DNA of 64,000 bases, from assembly GCA_002269645.1 (NCBI GenBank), contig NIVC01000446.1:434001-498000 (forward strand). The letters are read 5' to 3'. The notes below the pieces were generated by a model. It was not told the DNA's origin. It saw nothing but the letters and a program-made list of their open reading frames with translations, and ran no database searches. The translations under genes were made by a program, and so were the position numbers. Numbering within the stretch: the stretch's first letter is position 1; the number at the start of each line of letters is the position of its first letter. Below, in pieces: positions 10,631 through 24,164 of the stretch. Origin of the DNA: Macrostomum lignano (taxonomy: Eukaryota).

Positions 10631-13600
10631 GCAGGAAATCACGCAGGAAATGTGTTCTGTGCATGTGGCACATCGCGCACCTTTGATTATTGTTGTTAAA
10701 ACTTACTACAAAAATGTGATACATTGGATTGCGTACATTCAGGCACCCATATACTGATTACATGTGCTCATATCTTCTAAAAATGGCTCATTCTATAGGC
10801 ATAACAGTCAAGTACATTTGCAACATGTATAAATAACCCATTTGTGCATAACCGTCACTCCTAATACCATATAGTCAGAAAATCTCTGATGTTTTATTAA
10901 ATTAAGTGGCATCAATCAGCATTGTAACTGAGAACTCATTGATTAATGCACGATCATGTAACTCTATTTATTCATTGTAACACAGTTCATAAATACTATA
11001 ATATAACATTTTGCCATCTAAGTGTTAAAACTGCAATAATTATGTTTTCTATATGTTTTCCAAAAGTTTCAAAAAACGATTTGATGTTTTGCATTGAGCT
11101 GAATGGGGTTGGGCCATAGACTATTTCTGTAAATACGGTGGAGGTGCAGAAGGTCCAGAATTTGCGAGTGCATAGCGTCCTCTTTTCTGCTTTAATCTGT
11201 CCATGTTGAAAGCACTCTGCCTGTTTAGCCCTACCAATAAATGTAATTTTAATCACATGGTTGAAAAGTCGCCATTTTTTATAGCATGACGAATATAGCA
11301 GCCCGTCAGCCTTAATCTTATAAATAATCTTAGACGGAATGAAAGTGTCACACAGGCTCTCTAAACCGCAACATCTGAGAAGTGTCCGGGCGGAACCCTG
11401 ACCATGACAGCTGCGGAACACATTCGATCACGCGCTAGTAGCACGCGAGATATGATGGGATGTACTGTTGGTTCTGCATGAACCTTCATTGTAGCTCAAT
11501 TAATCACGCGACAACTTGTGTGTTGTTTTGTTTTGCGAGAGTTTGTGTCTTCTTGATTAATTTTAGGGAACATGCTCATAAAAACGCTCAGACAGGGTGC
11601 ACAGTGGCTTTTTTACTTTCTAATCGAACGATCAAAGGAATCAAACGATCGGGGTCGTGTTGCGCGAGAGTCAGACGTACGCGTTTACCCGCTGTGTGAG
11701 CTGCTCTACATCTGACACCCTCTAATATATAAGTGTGAGTGCGTGCCTATGTTGTACTCATACGTATAAACTAGACATCGTTAATTGGTTAAATTCAGCT
11801 AATCGGCCAATCAAAATTGCCTTCATCAGAACGATCTTCATTCATCATCGATCGTTAGACATTGGCAGCCGGCGCATCGTATTCCAGTCACAGAATTGGT
11901 AATCAATTGGTCTGCATACTTTCTACACTTAAAATCTAGCTGAGGTTCTGAGTTTGCCTCTGTCTTTGTCTGACCCAGCTATATTCCACAGCTAGATTAG
12001 GATTATTATATACATTATTGTACTTTGAAGCGGCTTGCAAGTGGTAGCTGGTATAGCAAGCGAGCAAAAAGATTTTGCGTATATTTGTTTAAGCATCATC
12101 ATTTATTTAACGAGAATAGGGAGGTGTGAGTCAGATCGAACTGGCTGGCTGGGCAAAATTACAGGCGTCTGTGTACAGGCGTCCCCGCTCTCAGCCGTGC
12201 ACCGGTCTGGCCGCCACAACTTCGCTTTTTTACAACAGCTAAAAATAAATGCAGTACAGTGGACCAAACTGTATCATAGTATAGCTCGTATGTCGTTGGC
12301 ACATGCTTAATTACCCAAATCTGAAATTTCATGCTACAAACATAAAGGTACATGTGAATACATTTAAATAGGTATTACCATGTACCGAATTTTTCCTTAT
12401 GTTTCTACTATCAGTAGAAAAAAATGTGAATTTCAATAATTAATTTCACGTGTACGTTAATTACAAGTAAATTAAGTAAATTAAAGTAATCTTAAAAACT
12501 GCTATTGTATTGTATAGTATAGTAATTGTATTGGTGCATCCTACGCTCGTAAAATATCAATCTTGCAGTTTTTTCTAGACTAGTAAAAAATTTCGCGGGT
12601 TCGGCCGAAAATCTACATGCAGTATATGAATTGCAAACGCGTCTTGGCGTCTTTTAACAGAGCTACCAGTTCTTTTATTGTTCGTTAAGTTTTCTGTTGC
12701 TTTATAGTGAAGTAGATAATATTCTGAGCAACTTAGAGACATGTTTTCCGTTTCTACATGCTACAGATCCATAAATTTACTTTAAATTTAAAGATCAATA
12801 CGTCTTCGCCATATTTAACACGACTGCGAGTGAATGTAGCGTCCTACTAGCTTCCACGCATTGCACACATGATTTTAAGAGAAAAAATAAATTAGTTGGC
12901 AGGTTAGTCCTACCTAGCATTCCATCATAATATAGAATGCTATTATGCTTTATAATGTAGAGAGTTAGCTGCCAACAATTTTATAAGGGCTATAAATTAT
13001 GCTTGCTGGCCTTATACTATCTTTTGCCATATTATGAATGAAAGTTATATTATTTGACTATTTAAGTAGGAAAAGTAAACAATGTAATTAATTTCTGCAA
13101 TATATTATTTTTTTAATTAAAAGTTTGTTAAAGCTATCTGACGGATTTAATAAAATCCGGATGCCGTGTTGCAACTTTGAGTCTTTCAGAAAAAAGCAAA
13201 AATGTACTAGTACATTGCTTTTATAAAAGCCTAGGATAAGAAACTGCGAACTGTGATTGTTGTGAATCTGATCCGTATCTATTCGTCTATTTATTATCCA
13301 TTATTAATAAGTTCAGATAACCAATTGTCCTTGTCAAATATTAGGCCCCTATTGATAGGGGCCTAAGCCCATACCTAAATAATACTTGCTGGCGTATAAT
13401 ATAGGCCTAATATATAAAAGTTTAGCCCTAGCCCTTGCCCCTTGGCCTTGCCTTACTCCAGGGTTCGGCAACCTTTTTCCACTTGAGGGCTAGATGAGGT
13501 TTTCAGTTCAAGACCACAGTCCACACTCCACAGGTCGCACCCCCCCCATGCACAGATTACTCTGCCCAGACTGCTCCCCCACCAGCCCACCCTGGGTCTG

Positions 13601-15079
13601 GGTTAATTTGTTATCTAATATCTATACATAGTAGGTCTATATTAAAAATATAGAAACATGCCTTTATACTATAGAGATCTAGAATCAGTTAGGCCTATCT
13701 ATATAATATAGAATTGTAGATTATATTTCTTTGCATTTAGATAGGCCTATTCTATTCTATGATTATGAATCTCTCCTACAACCTAGGTGCAAGTGCAATG
13801 AGATTAGGGGGCCTAAGATATGCTAATATAGGCTCTGCTCTAGCCTAGGTCCTTAGGATAGGATAGACCTAGGTTTATTGTAGCATAATAGTAAATAGAG
13901 TACTATCCTTATTATATTTATTTTATTAGGCCCCTATAACACAACGCAATACCCTAAATGGATATTTGTTAATATATTATAAAATAAAAATGAAGGGATA
14001 TGGAAGCCAAAATAAGCAATAAGAGAGAATAATAAAAGAATAAAGAATTAAAAAAGATATAGCCATAGGGCTAGCTAATTGCAAAATCCTAGGCCTACTC
14101 ATTGCTTAACAGAACATAATCCTTATATTTACTTTTATATAGGCCTAGGCCTAATATCCTAAATGGATAATTTGTTAATGAAACATTGTAAAACAAAAGT
14201 GAAAAAAAGATATAAAAGCAAAAATGAGGCAGAATAATCAGAAACTCTGTTTTTTTCACTTTTGGGTCTTTGATTTATTTTCCATATCTCTTTTCACCTT
14301 TTTTATAATATATTATTAACCAATTGCCCATTTAGGATATTGTATAACAAAAGTGAATGTAAGGATCATGCTCTAATAAGCTACAATTATAGAATTTTTG
14401 CAATCATGGCTAGACCTAAATCTATTTTAATTCTCACTATTTTTCCAGGTATTAAGCCTATGCAAAAAATTAATGCAAAATGTTAATATCATAAAATTAA
14501 AGAATGTTATATAAATATTAAAATAAACAATTAGACCTAATAAAACTTTATTATTATAAAGATAGGCCTAGGGCTAATAAATGCTAAAAAGAATTGTTTT
14601 ATCTATTATTTAAACTAAGAAAGGATATTAATTTAGTATCTACTAATTGTCTATATAGATAATACTTTTAAAATTATTGATTGCAATTATGACCTAGTCT
14701 CAAATTGTTGGAAATTAGATAGGATAGGATCATATATAGATTATTTGCATTTGGCTTAGTTTTAACTATGCAATTAATTTAGTTTTTTAACTTAATTAAT
14801 TATTAGATAGATCTTAAATTATAAAATCTGTTTATATAGCTAAATTTTGTTGAATAAATCTTAAAAAGTTATGATTTTTTATTTAAACCTGGCTTTTTAC
14901 AATTTATGTCACCTAGATTGCTTAGATTAGCAAGCAGTTATACATAGGCCTTTGTATCTTAAAATATTGATAATATAATATCTAATTATATCTTTTATGT
15001 ATATGCCTTAGCCTTTGCCATGGCCATACTTTGGATCATGTTAAATGCATATCAGAACACCAAAACTAAATGTACATAA

Positions 15080-15866
15080 GGCTCATTCCATATAAGCATG
15101 GTCGTAACATGACAGGTTATTTTTACTTATAAAATGAAATCTAATAATAGAATATACTAAACCAATATTTTAAATGAAAGATTATTTTGTCTAGAATATA
15201 TTTATAGAGTTTCATATAGATATCATCATTAGTATAGATGCTATTAAACCTTAAATGACACTTATGGTCGTAACGACAGGATTTTTGACATATAGAAACT
15301 AAAAGGTAAAAGTCTTATAACATTTTTCATTTTTGATATTTTGCAATACATTTTTAAAATTTGACTAAGAACATCTTTAGAAATCATACTCTTTTATTAG
15401 AATATATAAACTCAAAAGGCAACAAAGATACAAAAGAAAAGGCAGCCTTATGGTCGTAACATTATGGTCGTAACATATTTTTTTCTGTCAATTCAGTAAC
15501 TTTGAGGTACTAATACATTAAAAATATAATAGATTATTTGGTCACCAATGCTTTTATCTGATGATGCAAGTACTATACTTTTATCTATAGTTTGTTTCAA
15601 CCTTCAAAAGCTTTCTATTTGTTTTTAAAAGGTACAAAATCTTAATGATGTCTTTTGCTTCGAAAAATGTCCAAATTTTTACAAAAATGACTTTTTGCCA
15701 ATTGATAACATACTAATCCAACATTTTACCATTCCTTTATTCTTAGATTGTATATATTGCACAATATAAACATTTGGTAAAAAAAATAGGCTAATTAGGC
15801 AATGGCAAGCAAAAATATTGACTTTTTTCTATTTTCCAAATATGTCCATCTTATATGGAATGAGCC
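15080..15866. mobile_element. MITE-like element, unclassified
   Basis: TIR GGCTCATTCCATATAAG / CTTATATGGAATGAGCC; ATAA on both flanks (4-bp TSD candidate); internal motif ATGGTCGTAAC repeated 4 times. Confidence 0.65.
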
Positions 15867-16591
15867 ATAATGCATACCAAACTAAATACATATTAGAAAA
15901 TTTTATCATATCTAAAAAGTATATTTTAGCCTATTTTTAGATATTATATCAGGCCTAATATGGATGCATGCAAATTTGGCAAAGTCTAATTTTTATTTAT
16001 TGATTGCAACCATGGCTTTAGATATAAGCCATCTGCTATAGTATGGCATTGTCAGCTAAAAGCACTGCAGAAAAATTTACATTAGAACAAAAGTTGGATT
16101 AGAACACTGTGTTGATACTACTGCTGTATATGTATGTACATTTAGATTTCTGTGCCAAAAAGGTGCCTTAAGACTAGCCACTAAACTCCTATATGATCTT
16201 TGAAATGTATTCAATCAAAGTAGACACCACTGCAATGTCTCAATGTCTATGACCAGACTTTAGGTGTCATATTTTTGTTGAAAACTATGTCGTGCTGACC
16301 AGGTAATTTTTAATATAAACATCCTTTAAAAGTATTGCTATTGACTGATTGATAGCATATATTTATAATTTTCTGATTACAAGCGATGAAATCAATGGAA
16401 ATAATTTAAAACAATAACCAGTTCAGCTAGTGCTAAGTGTACTTTTCCTGCACTCTGCAATAGTTGATAAAGTACATAAATGTACTTTTACTTTCCACTG
16501 GCACCGGTTGGTAATTTAAAAATCGCAACACCTGACAGCACAGCACAGCAAATTAATAAAAGGCGATAGCTCAGACTAAATCAGCTCAAAA

Positions 16592-16840
16592 ATGATGTGC
16601 GATGTGATGCCCACAATATCGGAGGATGGCAGTAGTCAGGGCGATCGCGAGTCCCAGTTATCCGAGGATGGTGCCAACAATGTTGAGCAGCTGATGATCA
16701 ATATGCTAGATGAGCGAGACAAGCTTATGGAATCGTTGCGGGAGGCCCAGGAACAGCTGGGTTTGGCCCAGCAGAAGATGGACGAGTTGGAGCGCGACAG
16801 AGAATTGCTTAATAAGCAGCTCAGTTCCGCCATGCCACAG
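16592..16840 (+). CDS. PPFIA: Liprin-alpha exon 1
   Basis: Hallmark N-terminus MMCDVMPTISED and NVEQLMINMLDERDKLMESLRE; CAG|GTGAGT donor, phase 0. Confidence 0.96.
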
Positions 16841-16936
16841 GTGAGTCATCTGTTTAGTTTCTGGGGATAGGGGCTTCATGCTATATATAAACCTAACCCT
16901 AGCCTAAATCGTTAAGCGGTCAAATAACTGACATTC

Positions 16937-17092
16937 AAAGCTCAGGCTGTCAGTCAAATGGCTGTCAGTCAAGTCGCTGTCAGTCAAGTCGCTGTCAGTC
17001 AAATGGCTGTCAGCTTCAAATAGCTGTCAGTCAAATTTCTGTCAGTCGTATGGCTGTCAGTCAAATAGCCGTCAGTCAAGTGGGTGTCAGCT
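16937..17092 (+). repeat. Short 15-bp array (GGCTGTCAGTCAAAT)
   Basis: Matches the degenerate right edge of the 44.1-51.5 kb satellite. Confidence 0.85.
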
Positions 17093-18179
17093 TTGGCCTA
17101 CAGCGCCTACAGCGCAGGCCCAAGCTTCTAAAAGTCTTCTTCAAAGGGTTTGTTTTTACTGTCTGTCTAAATGTCTGTTAATCAGATTAATCAGAGTTAT
17201 AAAAGTGCGGATGTTTTCTATCATTTCGTGCATCTGTCTTAAAGCATCATAGAATGGTCCTTTTGTAGGTTTATTTAACAATTATTCGAATTGATAAATG
17301 TTTGTTATATTTTAAAAGCCGGTTTCTCGACAAGACGGAGGAGTACTCTCTGTGATAAAAGTTATACTGTATGTAAATTTGCACCGTTAGATTTTGATTT
17401 TAGGTCGCTGCAATTTTCTTGAACCTCAGCATTAAAGCATTGAGTGTTTATATATTCGTTAGTATGGGCCAAGTTAATTCCCTGCGGGATTTAGCCGGGA
17501 ATGGGGAGGGGAGGGGAGGGGCACGGGTGGGGGCCGAAATCCGGAAGAAAGGAAAATGAGGGGATCGCTGAATTACAGACAGTTTTAGAGGCTGTAGGGA
17601 TATTAACCGCTTTAACTTCCTTCCCCCCTCTCTCTCTGTTTCCCTTCTTTTAGTATTTTGCGGTATGGATATGCCCTCGGTGCTAACCTTTGTGTGTATG
17701 TAATATACATATATTATACATGCAATGGGGCATCTCAATACTCAATTTACTCATACTCGGAGAACTTTTGTTCTTTGCATATGAATGGGTTTTTTAGTCG
17801 GGAGACTGCAGACACTAATTCCAATATCTTGAATTAATTCCCTAATTATATTAACTAGCTTAAGAATTTTTATGCATATATCGTATATAAATATAAGCCT
17901 AGTTGACTTTTGTTCATTCATTGTAAACAACACAGGATATTTTCAAGTTGACAGTTGACACACAAGTACACAGTCTAAGAGACAACAGTCAGTGTATGCC
18001 GAGTCTAAGGTGGAGCCTGTCAAACTGTATTACATCAGTGATTTCACAGACACAGGAAGCAGCAGGGGTGGGATTAGGGAAATATGCATCGATTTTTAGG
18101 AGCTATTTAAGGAGAAGTGCTTTGATATTTTCATTACTACAAAATAAGCAAGCGAAATAATAAAACAGCTATGCATAGG

Positions 18180-20030
18180 CTGGTTGGCAATGGCTAGGAT
18201 GTCAAGGCTCATGGGGGGAGTTGCTGAGATGCTAAAGCTCATGGGGTGAATTGCTGAGATGCCAATTGGCTCAATGGGGAGTTGCTGAGATGCCAATTGG
18301 CTCAATGAAGAGGTTGCTGAGATGCCAATTGGCTCAATGGGGAGTCGCTGAGATGCCAATTGGCTCAATGGGGAGTTGCTGAGATGCCAATTGGCTCAAT
18401 GGGGAGTGGCTGAGATGCTAATTGGCTCAATGGGGAGTTGCTGAGATGCCAATTGGCTCAATGGGGGGAGTTGCTGAGATGCCAATTGGCTCAATGGGGG
18501 AGTTGCTGAGATGCCAATTGGCTCAATGGGGAGTTGCTGAGATGCCAATTGGCTCAATGGGGAGTTGCTGAGATGCCAATTGGCTCAATGGGGAGTTGCT
18601 GAGATGCCAATTGGCTCAATGGGGAGTTGCTGAGATGCCAATTGGCTCAATGGGGAGTTGCTGAGATGCCAATTGGCTCAATGGGGAGTTGCTGAGATGC
18701 CAATTGGCTCAATGAAGAGGTTGCTGAGATGCCAATTGGGTCAATGGGGAGTTGCTGAGATGCCAATTGGCTCAATGGGGAGTTGCTGAGATGCCAATTG
18801 GCTCAATGGGGAGTTGCTGAGATGCCAATTGGCTCAATGGGGAGTTGCTGAGATGCCAATTGGCTCAATGGGGAGTTGCTGAGATGCCAATTGGCTCAAT
18901 GGGGAGTTGCTGAGATGCCAATTGGCTCAATGGGGAGTTGCTGAGATGCCAATTGGCTCAATGGGGAGTTGCTGAGATGCCAATTGGCTCAATGGGGAGT
19001 TGCTGAGATGCCAATTGGCTCAATGGGGAGTTGCTGAGATGCTAAAGCTCATGGGGTGAATTGCTGAGATGCCAATTGGCTCAATGGGGAGTTGCTGAGA
19101 TGCCAATTGGCTCAATGGGGAGTTGCTAAGATGCCAATTGGCTCAATGGGGAGTTGCTGAGATGCCAATTGGCTCAATGGGGAGTGGCTGAGATGCCAAT
19201 TGGCTCAATGGGGAGTTGCTGAGATGCCAATTGGCTCAATGGGGAGTTGCTGAGATGCTAAAGCTCATGGGGTGAATTGCTGAGATGCCAATTGGCTCAA
19301 TGGGGAGTTGCTGAGATGCCAATTGGCTCAATGGGGAGTTGCTGAGATGCTAAAGCTCATGGGGTGAATTGCTGAGATGCCAATTGGCTCAATGGGGAGT
19401 TGCTGAGATGCCAATTGGCTCAATGGGGAGTTGCTGAGATGCCAATTGGCTCAATGAAGAGGTTGCTGAGATGCCAATTGGGTCAATGGGGAGTTGCTGA
19501 GATGCCAATTGGCTCAATGGGGAGTTGCTGAGATGCCAATTGGCTCAATGGGGAGTTGCTGAGATGCCAATTGGCTCAATGGGGAGTTGCTGAGATGCCA
19601 ATTGGCTCAATGGGGAGTTGCTGAGATGCCAATTGGCTCAATGGGGAGTTGCTGAGATGCCAATTGGCTCAATGGGGAGTTGCTGAGATGCCAATTGGCT
19701 CAATGGGGAGTTGCTGAGATGCCAATTGGCTCAATGGGGAGTTGCTGAGATGCCAATTGGCTCAATGGGGAGTTGCTGAGATGCCAAGGCTCATGGGGGA
19801 ATAGCTTAGAGGTCAAGGCTCATTGGAGCAATTGCTGAGAGGTCAAGGCTCATTGGAGCAATTGCTGATAGGTCAAGGCTCATTGGAGCAATTGCTGAGA
19901 GGTCAAGGCTCATTGGAGCAATTGCTGAGAGGTCAAGGCTCATTGGAGCAATTGCTGAGAGGTCAAGGCTCATTGGAGCAATTGCTGAGATGCCAAGTCT
20001 CAATGGGGGAATTGCTAAAATGTCAAGGCT
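18180..20030 (+). repeat. 31-bp minisatellite (GCTGAGATGCCAATTGGCTCAATGGGGAGTT) with 30-bp variant tail
   Basis: About 50 units plus a GAGAGGTCAAGGCTCATTGGAGCAATTGCT variant from ~19810. Confidence 0.95.
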
Positions 20031-20394
20031 CATTTTGGATTGCTAAAATACTTTGACTTTGGGGGCTGCTGAGATGTCAATGGTCAATCGTGAGTTGGTG
20101 GTTGTTGGCCAAGCATCAAAGAGAGAGTTTGTTAATGCTTTTTGCTTTGAATATAATTTTCGTTAAGAAACTAACAATAGTGACTGTAGAAGGTCGAAAC
20201 CTACTACATGTAGTTTATTCTATAAGTTTTTATTGCTCTCTCTGTTGCCTCCCCAATGGGGGCGAAGATTGCTCTCTAGTCTGTTTTTTGTTTAGGTTTA
20301 GGGCCAAGCAAAAGAGCTATTACTCTGGGGAATTTCTTTGCGGAATTTGAGTTGAACTTTTCTTCTCTTGGCTAACCGAGTGTTTCCTGTGCGA

Positions 20395-20620
20395 TATAAG
20401 CACTAAGCATGTTTATTATGTCAGTATACTGACAAATCTCTATAAGCACTAAGCATGTTTATTATGTCAGTATACTGACAAATCTCTATAAGCACTAAGC
20501 ATGTTTATTATGTCAGTATACTGACAAATCTCTATAAGCACTAAGCATGTTTATTATGTCAGTATACTGACAAATCAATATAAGCACTAAGCATGTTTAT
20601 TATGTTAGTATACTGTCAAA
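20395..20620 (+). repeat. 46-bp tandem repeat with 16-bp palindrome
   Basis: Period 46; each unit contains TGTCAGTATACTGACA. Confidence 0.92.
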
Positions 20621-21214
20621 TAAAAATGGCTGATAAGTTTGATTTTGTTCAGCTTGAACATTTTTTGTATGATGCTCGGCCTTATAAAGTGAGCGAATTT
20701 TGGCAACACGGTCATCTGAAACGGCAAACTGTATCAAATGAACGAGGAAAGCAAGATAAAAACATGAAGCAAGACAAAAAAATAAAGTGCAGGATTGATT
20801 TTGTCTATGGTTGAACTTCATGGTCTAAAAAAGAATCAATTAGGAATGAGATTCCGCACGAGTGTTTTTCTGCCATAGACTCACCACAAGTTAGCGTTCA
20901 AGAATCTTTACATTACTGGCAGCATGAGTGTATATTTAATTCTTAGTGCAAAAAATGCAGAGCAACTTAATCAGTGAACTGAGCGAGTATATTCCTGCTC
21001 ATTTGGCGGAAAGGCAAAACTGGGCGCCAATAACTCAAGTATCGAGAAGATAGAAAGACGAAGATTAAGGCTCGGCAACCGTAGTGCCGATTGCTTTCCT
21101 TATCCTGTTGCTTCAGAGTGAAAAATCTCTTGTACTGGCTGGCCTCGTTGTTCGCACTTAATTCGTACTATATTTGTGAGTGCTAGACTTCTTTTAGCTA
21201 GCTGTTTTTGAGGC

Positions 21215-21832
21215 TATACTGTAAGGGGGCGCCAATGCTATACTGTAAGGGGCGCCAAAGCTATACTGTAAATAGGCGCCAAATCTATACTGTAAGGGGG
21301 CGCCAATGCTATACTGTAAGGGGGCGCCAATGCTATACTGTAAGGAGGCGCCAAATCTATACTGTTAGGGGGCGCCAATGCTATACTGTAAGGGGGCGCC
21401 AAATCTATGCTGTAAGGGGGCGCCAAATCTATGCTGTAAGGGGGCGCCAAATCTATACTGTAAGGGGCGCCAAAGCTATACTGTAAATGGGCGCCAAATC
21501 TATACTGTAAGGGGGCGCCAATGCTATACTGTAAGGGGGCGCCAATGCTATACTCTAAGGGGGCGCCAATGCTATACTGTAAGGGGGCGCCAATGCTATA
21601 CTGTAAGGGGGCGCCAATGCTATACTCTAAGGGGGCGCCAATGCTATACTGTAAGGGGGCGCCAATGCTATACTGTAAGGGGGCGCCAATGCTATACTCT
21701 AAGGGGGCGCCAATGCTATACTGTAAGGGGGCGCCAATGCTATACTGTAAGGGGGCGCCAAAGCTAGGCTGTAAGGGGGCGCCAATGCTATACTGTAAAG
21801 GGGCGCCAATCCTATACTGTAAGGGAGCGCCG
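21215..21832 (+). repeat. 24-bp minisatellite (CTATACTGTAAGGGGGCGCCAATG)
   Basis: About 25 tandem units. Confidence 0.94.
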
Positions 21833-23360
21833 TATACTACTTATGCCAGCCAATTAGTGGTACAGTCTACTCCCCTTGCTTATCAACACAGTTCATTTTT
21901 GTTTTTTTACTGCAGACTAAGCTTATTTATTATTATTATCACTATGTGTATAATTTCTAATCCAACTTACTTCCACTGTAAATACATTAAAATCAATAGC
22001 TCATGCTCTGCTAGCTCAAACTAAGCTATCGTGTGCTCAAACGATCAGACTCCTCAATAGAAGCGTATAGTTTAATCCAGCCACTACATCGCATGCCCGA
22101 GTAAATTACTATGGGGCACTGATATTGACATTGGATAAAATCAATAGGTGAAAATGGCTACCTTAGATAATACGGCTTGATTTTTTCCAAAATATGTTGT
22201 TGTGCAGTTAAAAACATACGGTATTTTGGATTCCCAATGATTGAGAGATTATAAATGCTAAAAATGAACAAGTCAAGTCTGCTTTAAATTTGATGCGTGC
22301 TCTGGTGCAATGCAATTCTTAGTGAAAGAAGCAGATCAACAGGCGATACTGTAGCGATGCAGTTAAGTTTTACCCTGTTGCAGCCGCCAGGGGGCGGTCA
22401 ATGACGCCGCTGAAGATGAGAGAACAAGAGGCCTAGGAAATTGGGTACAGAGTGGGGAATTCGGGGTCTCTTCCCCTCATCTGCAGCAGCAGCAGTATGA
22501 TTAAGTGCGGCTTGCCCCCCCCACCCTGAACAGCCGCTCAAACCCCCGCGGGGACTTCCTCCATCCTGCTCGGTCCTCTCGTTCCCATTTTTGTCGTCGT
22601 TCGCCCCCCGCCGTCCCCCACCCCCTTGACAACTATACATAATGCTGAATACTATTATAATGTGGCATGTATTTATATTGTGGTGATATATGCATTGGCG
22701 CTAGGCTTGTTTGGCAGCTCAAGCTTGAAAAACTCAATTGGACTTTTCCTCTGTCCTGCTATGCAATGCTGCATATACAGAATTGGACTCTGGAGAGTCT
22801 GAACTGGCCAAGACCACAGTCGCTGCGGCGGGGGGGGGCTGTTCTCAAAAATGCTTTTTCCTTCTCGTATTTCGCACTCTAAGCCTGATTCTGAGCTGCA
22901 CGAATTGCTCTAGTTATTTATTTATGAGCATCAAATAATTTACAACTTGGTCTGGTTACTTGGGACTGTTGATCGTTTAGGGCCAGACCCCCTACTGGCT
23001 ACTGCTGTTTCCAAATCACGCAAGTCAGCTAAAAGTTTAACCTTTGATGCTTTAGATTAACGTGTTGACTGGCTTACTGGCTTCTACAGGTGGTTCTTGA
23101 GTTGAGCTACGGCTCATCAAACGCTGATTTATGTACGGCCAAAATGCATACTCGATATTTTCGACTCGGCCTTTAATAATAAGAATTCCACTCCTAAAGT
23201 TCATCTTTCCAAACACGAGTTGGGTAAAAATCTAGAAGGATTTGTTTTTATATTTCATGGCCAGACCGAAAATGAGCTAGTGCTAATAAATGATAAATTT
23301 TGCGATGGAAAAAGAAAAAATTATCAACCAAGTTAAGACACTAGTTAATCCGAACCACTA

Positions 23361-23535
23361 GGCTTGGCGGTTGTAGACTAGCGGTTAGAGCGACGGACTC
23401 ACGACTGAAAGGTCGGGGTTTCGATTCCTGATTCTACTGGGAAAAATTTGTGTCCTTCAGTAAGACACTTGACTCTGCATTGCTTCAGTTCACCCAACTG
23501 TAAAATGGGTGCCAGCATTAGCTGGGCTAATTGAG
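23361..23535 (+). mobile_element. tRNA-derived SINE, copy 2 (3'-truncated or diverged)
   Basis: Aligns to copy 1 from GGTTGTAG through GGACTCACGACTGAAAGGTCGG to CTGTAAAATGGGTGCCAGCATTAGCTGGG. Confidence 0.78.
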
Positions 23536-24164
23536 GGGTTATGACAGGCCAAGTGGCTTCGGCCATACATGTAGACATTTCCCCAGTTAATTAACCTCTC
23601 AATTGGTCAAGCCATAGCTCAGCTCATAAAACACATGGAAAAGCCATTCAAAGTTTATCTGAAGCATCAACTATTACTTCTTTCAGTTCTTTTAACAGTA
23701 GGGTCTGGCCTAATCGATAACTATCCTAACTAGCAACTCTTGTATATAATGTTTCCCAGTGCTAAGCCAAAACTGCTGCGTATGAAGGAATTCTTGTTCA
23801 GTTCCCATCTGATCTCATCGATCAGCTTGTTTCTAAATAGTTTGACCCAGAAAGTGGACTAGCAAATTCAACCGCACTTGTCCTTAATAGATACCAACTT
23901 GAATTTTAGAAATGCATAATAAATTGTATCAATTTTTTAGCGATAGTAATTGTTGGCAATATTGATTCTTAGGAATGTTTTGCTATTTTTAGGGTATAGG
24001 CTGACTTAAAACTTTTTTTCGAGGGTCCATCAGGCGCTTATGATATATTAACAATTTATCGCGTTAATTTAAAAATGCTTGATTTGTAAAATGAATGAAA
24101 TGAAATGGCCGCAGCTTCCCTACATAAATTTAATGAAAGAGGCAGCCAAGCTGCATAAATTACA

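Noticed and set aside
13459-13500. hAT-like terminus CAGGGTTCGGCAACC (a similar CAGTGGTTGCCCAA near 35290)
   Set aside because: No matching opposite terminus or TSD could be found by eye.
18180-20620. CRISPR-like regular ~30-46-bp periodicity with palindromes
   Set aside because: Units are head-to-tail with no unique spacers, no cas genes, and the context is eukaryotic introns.
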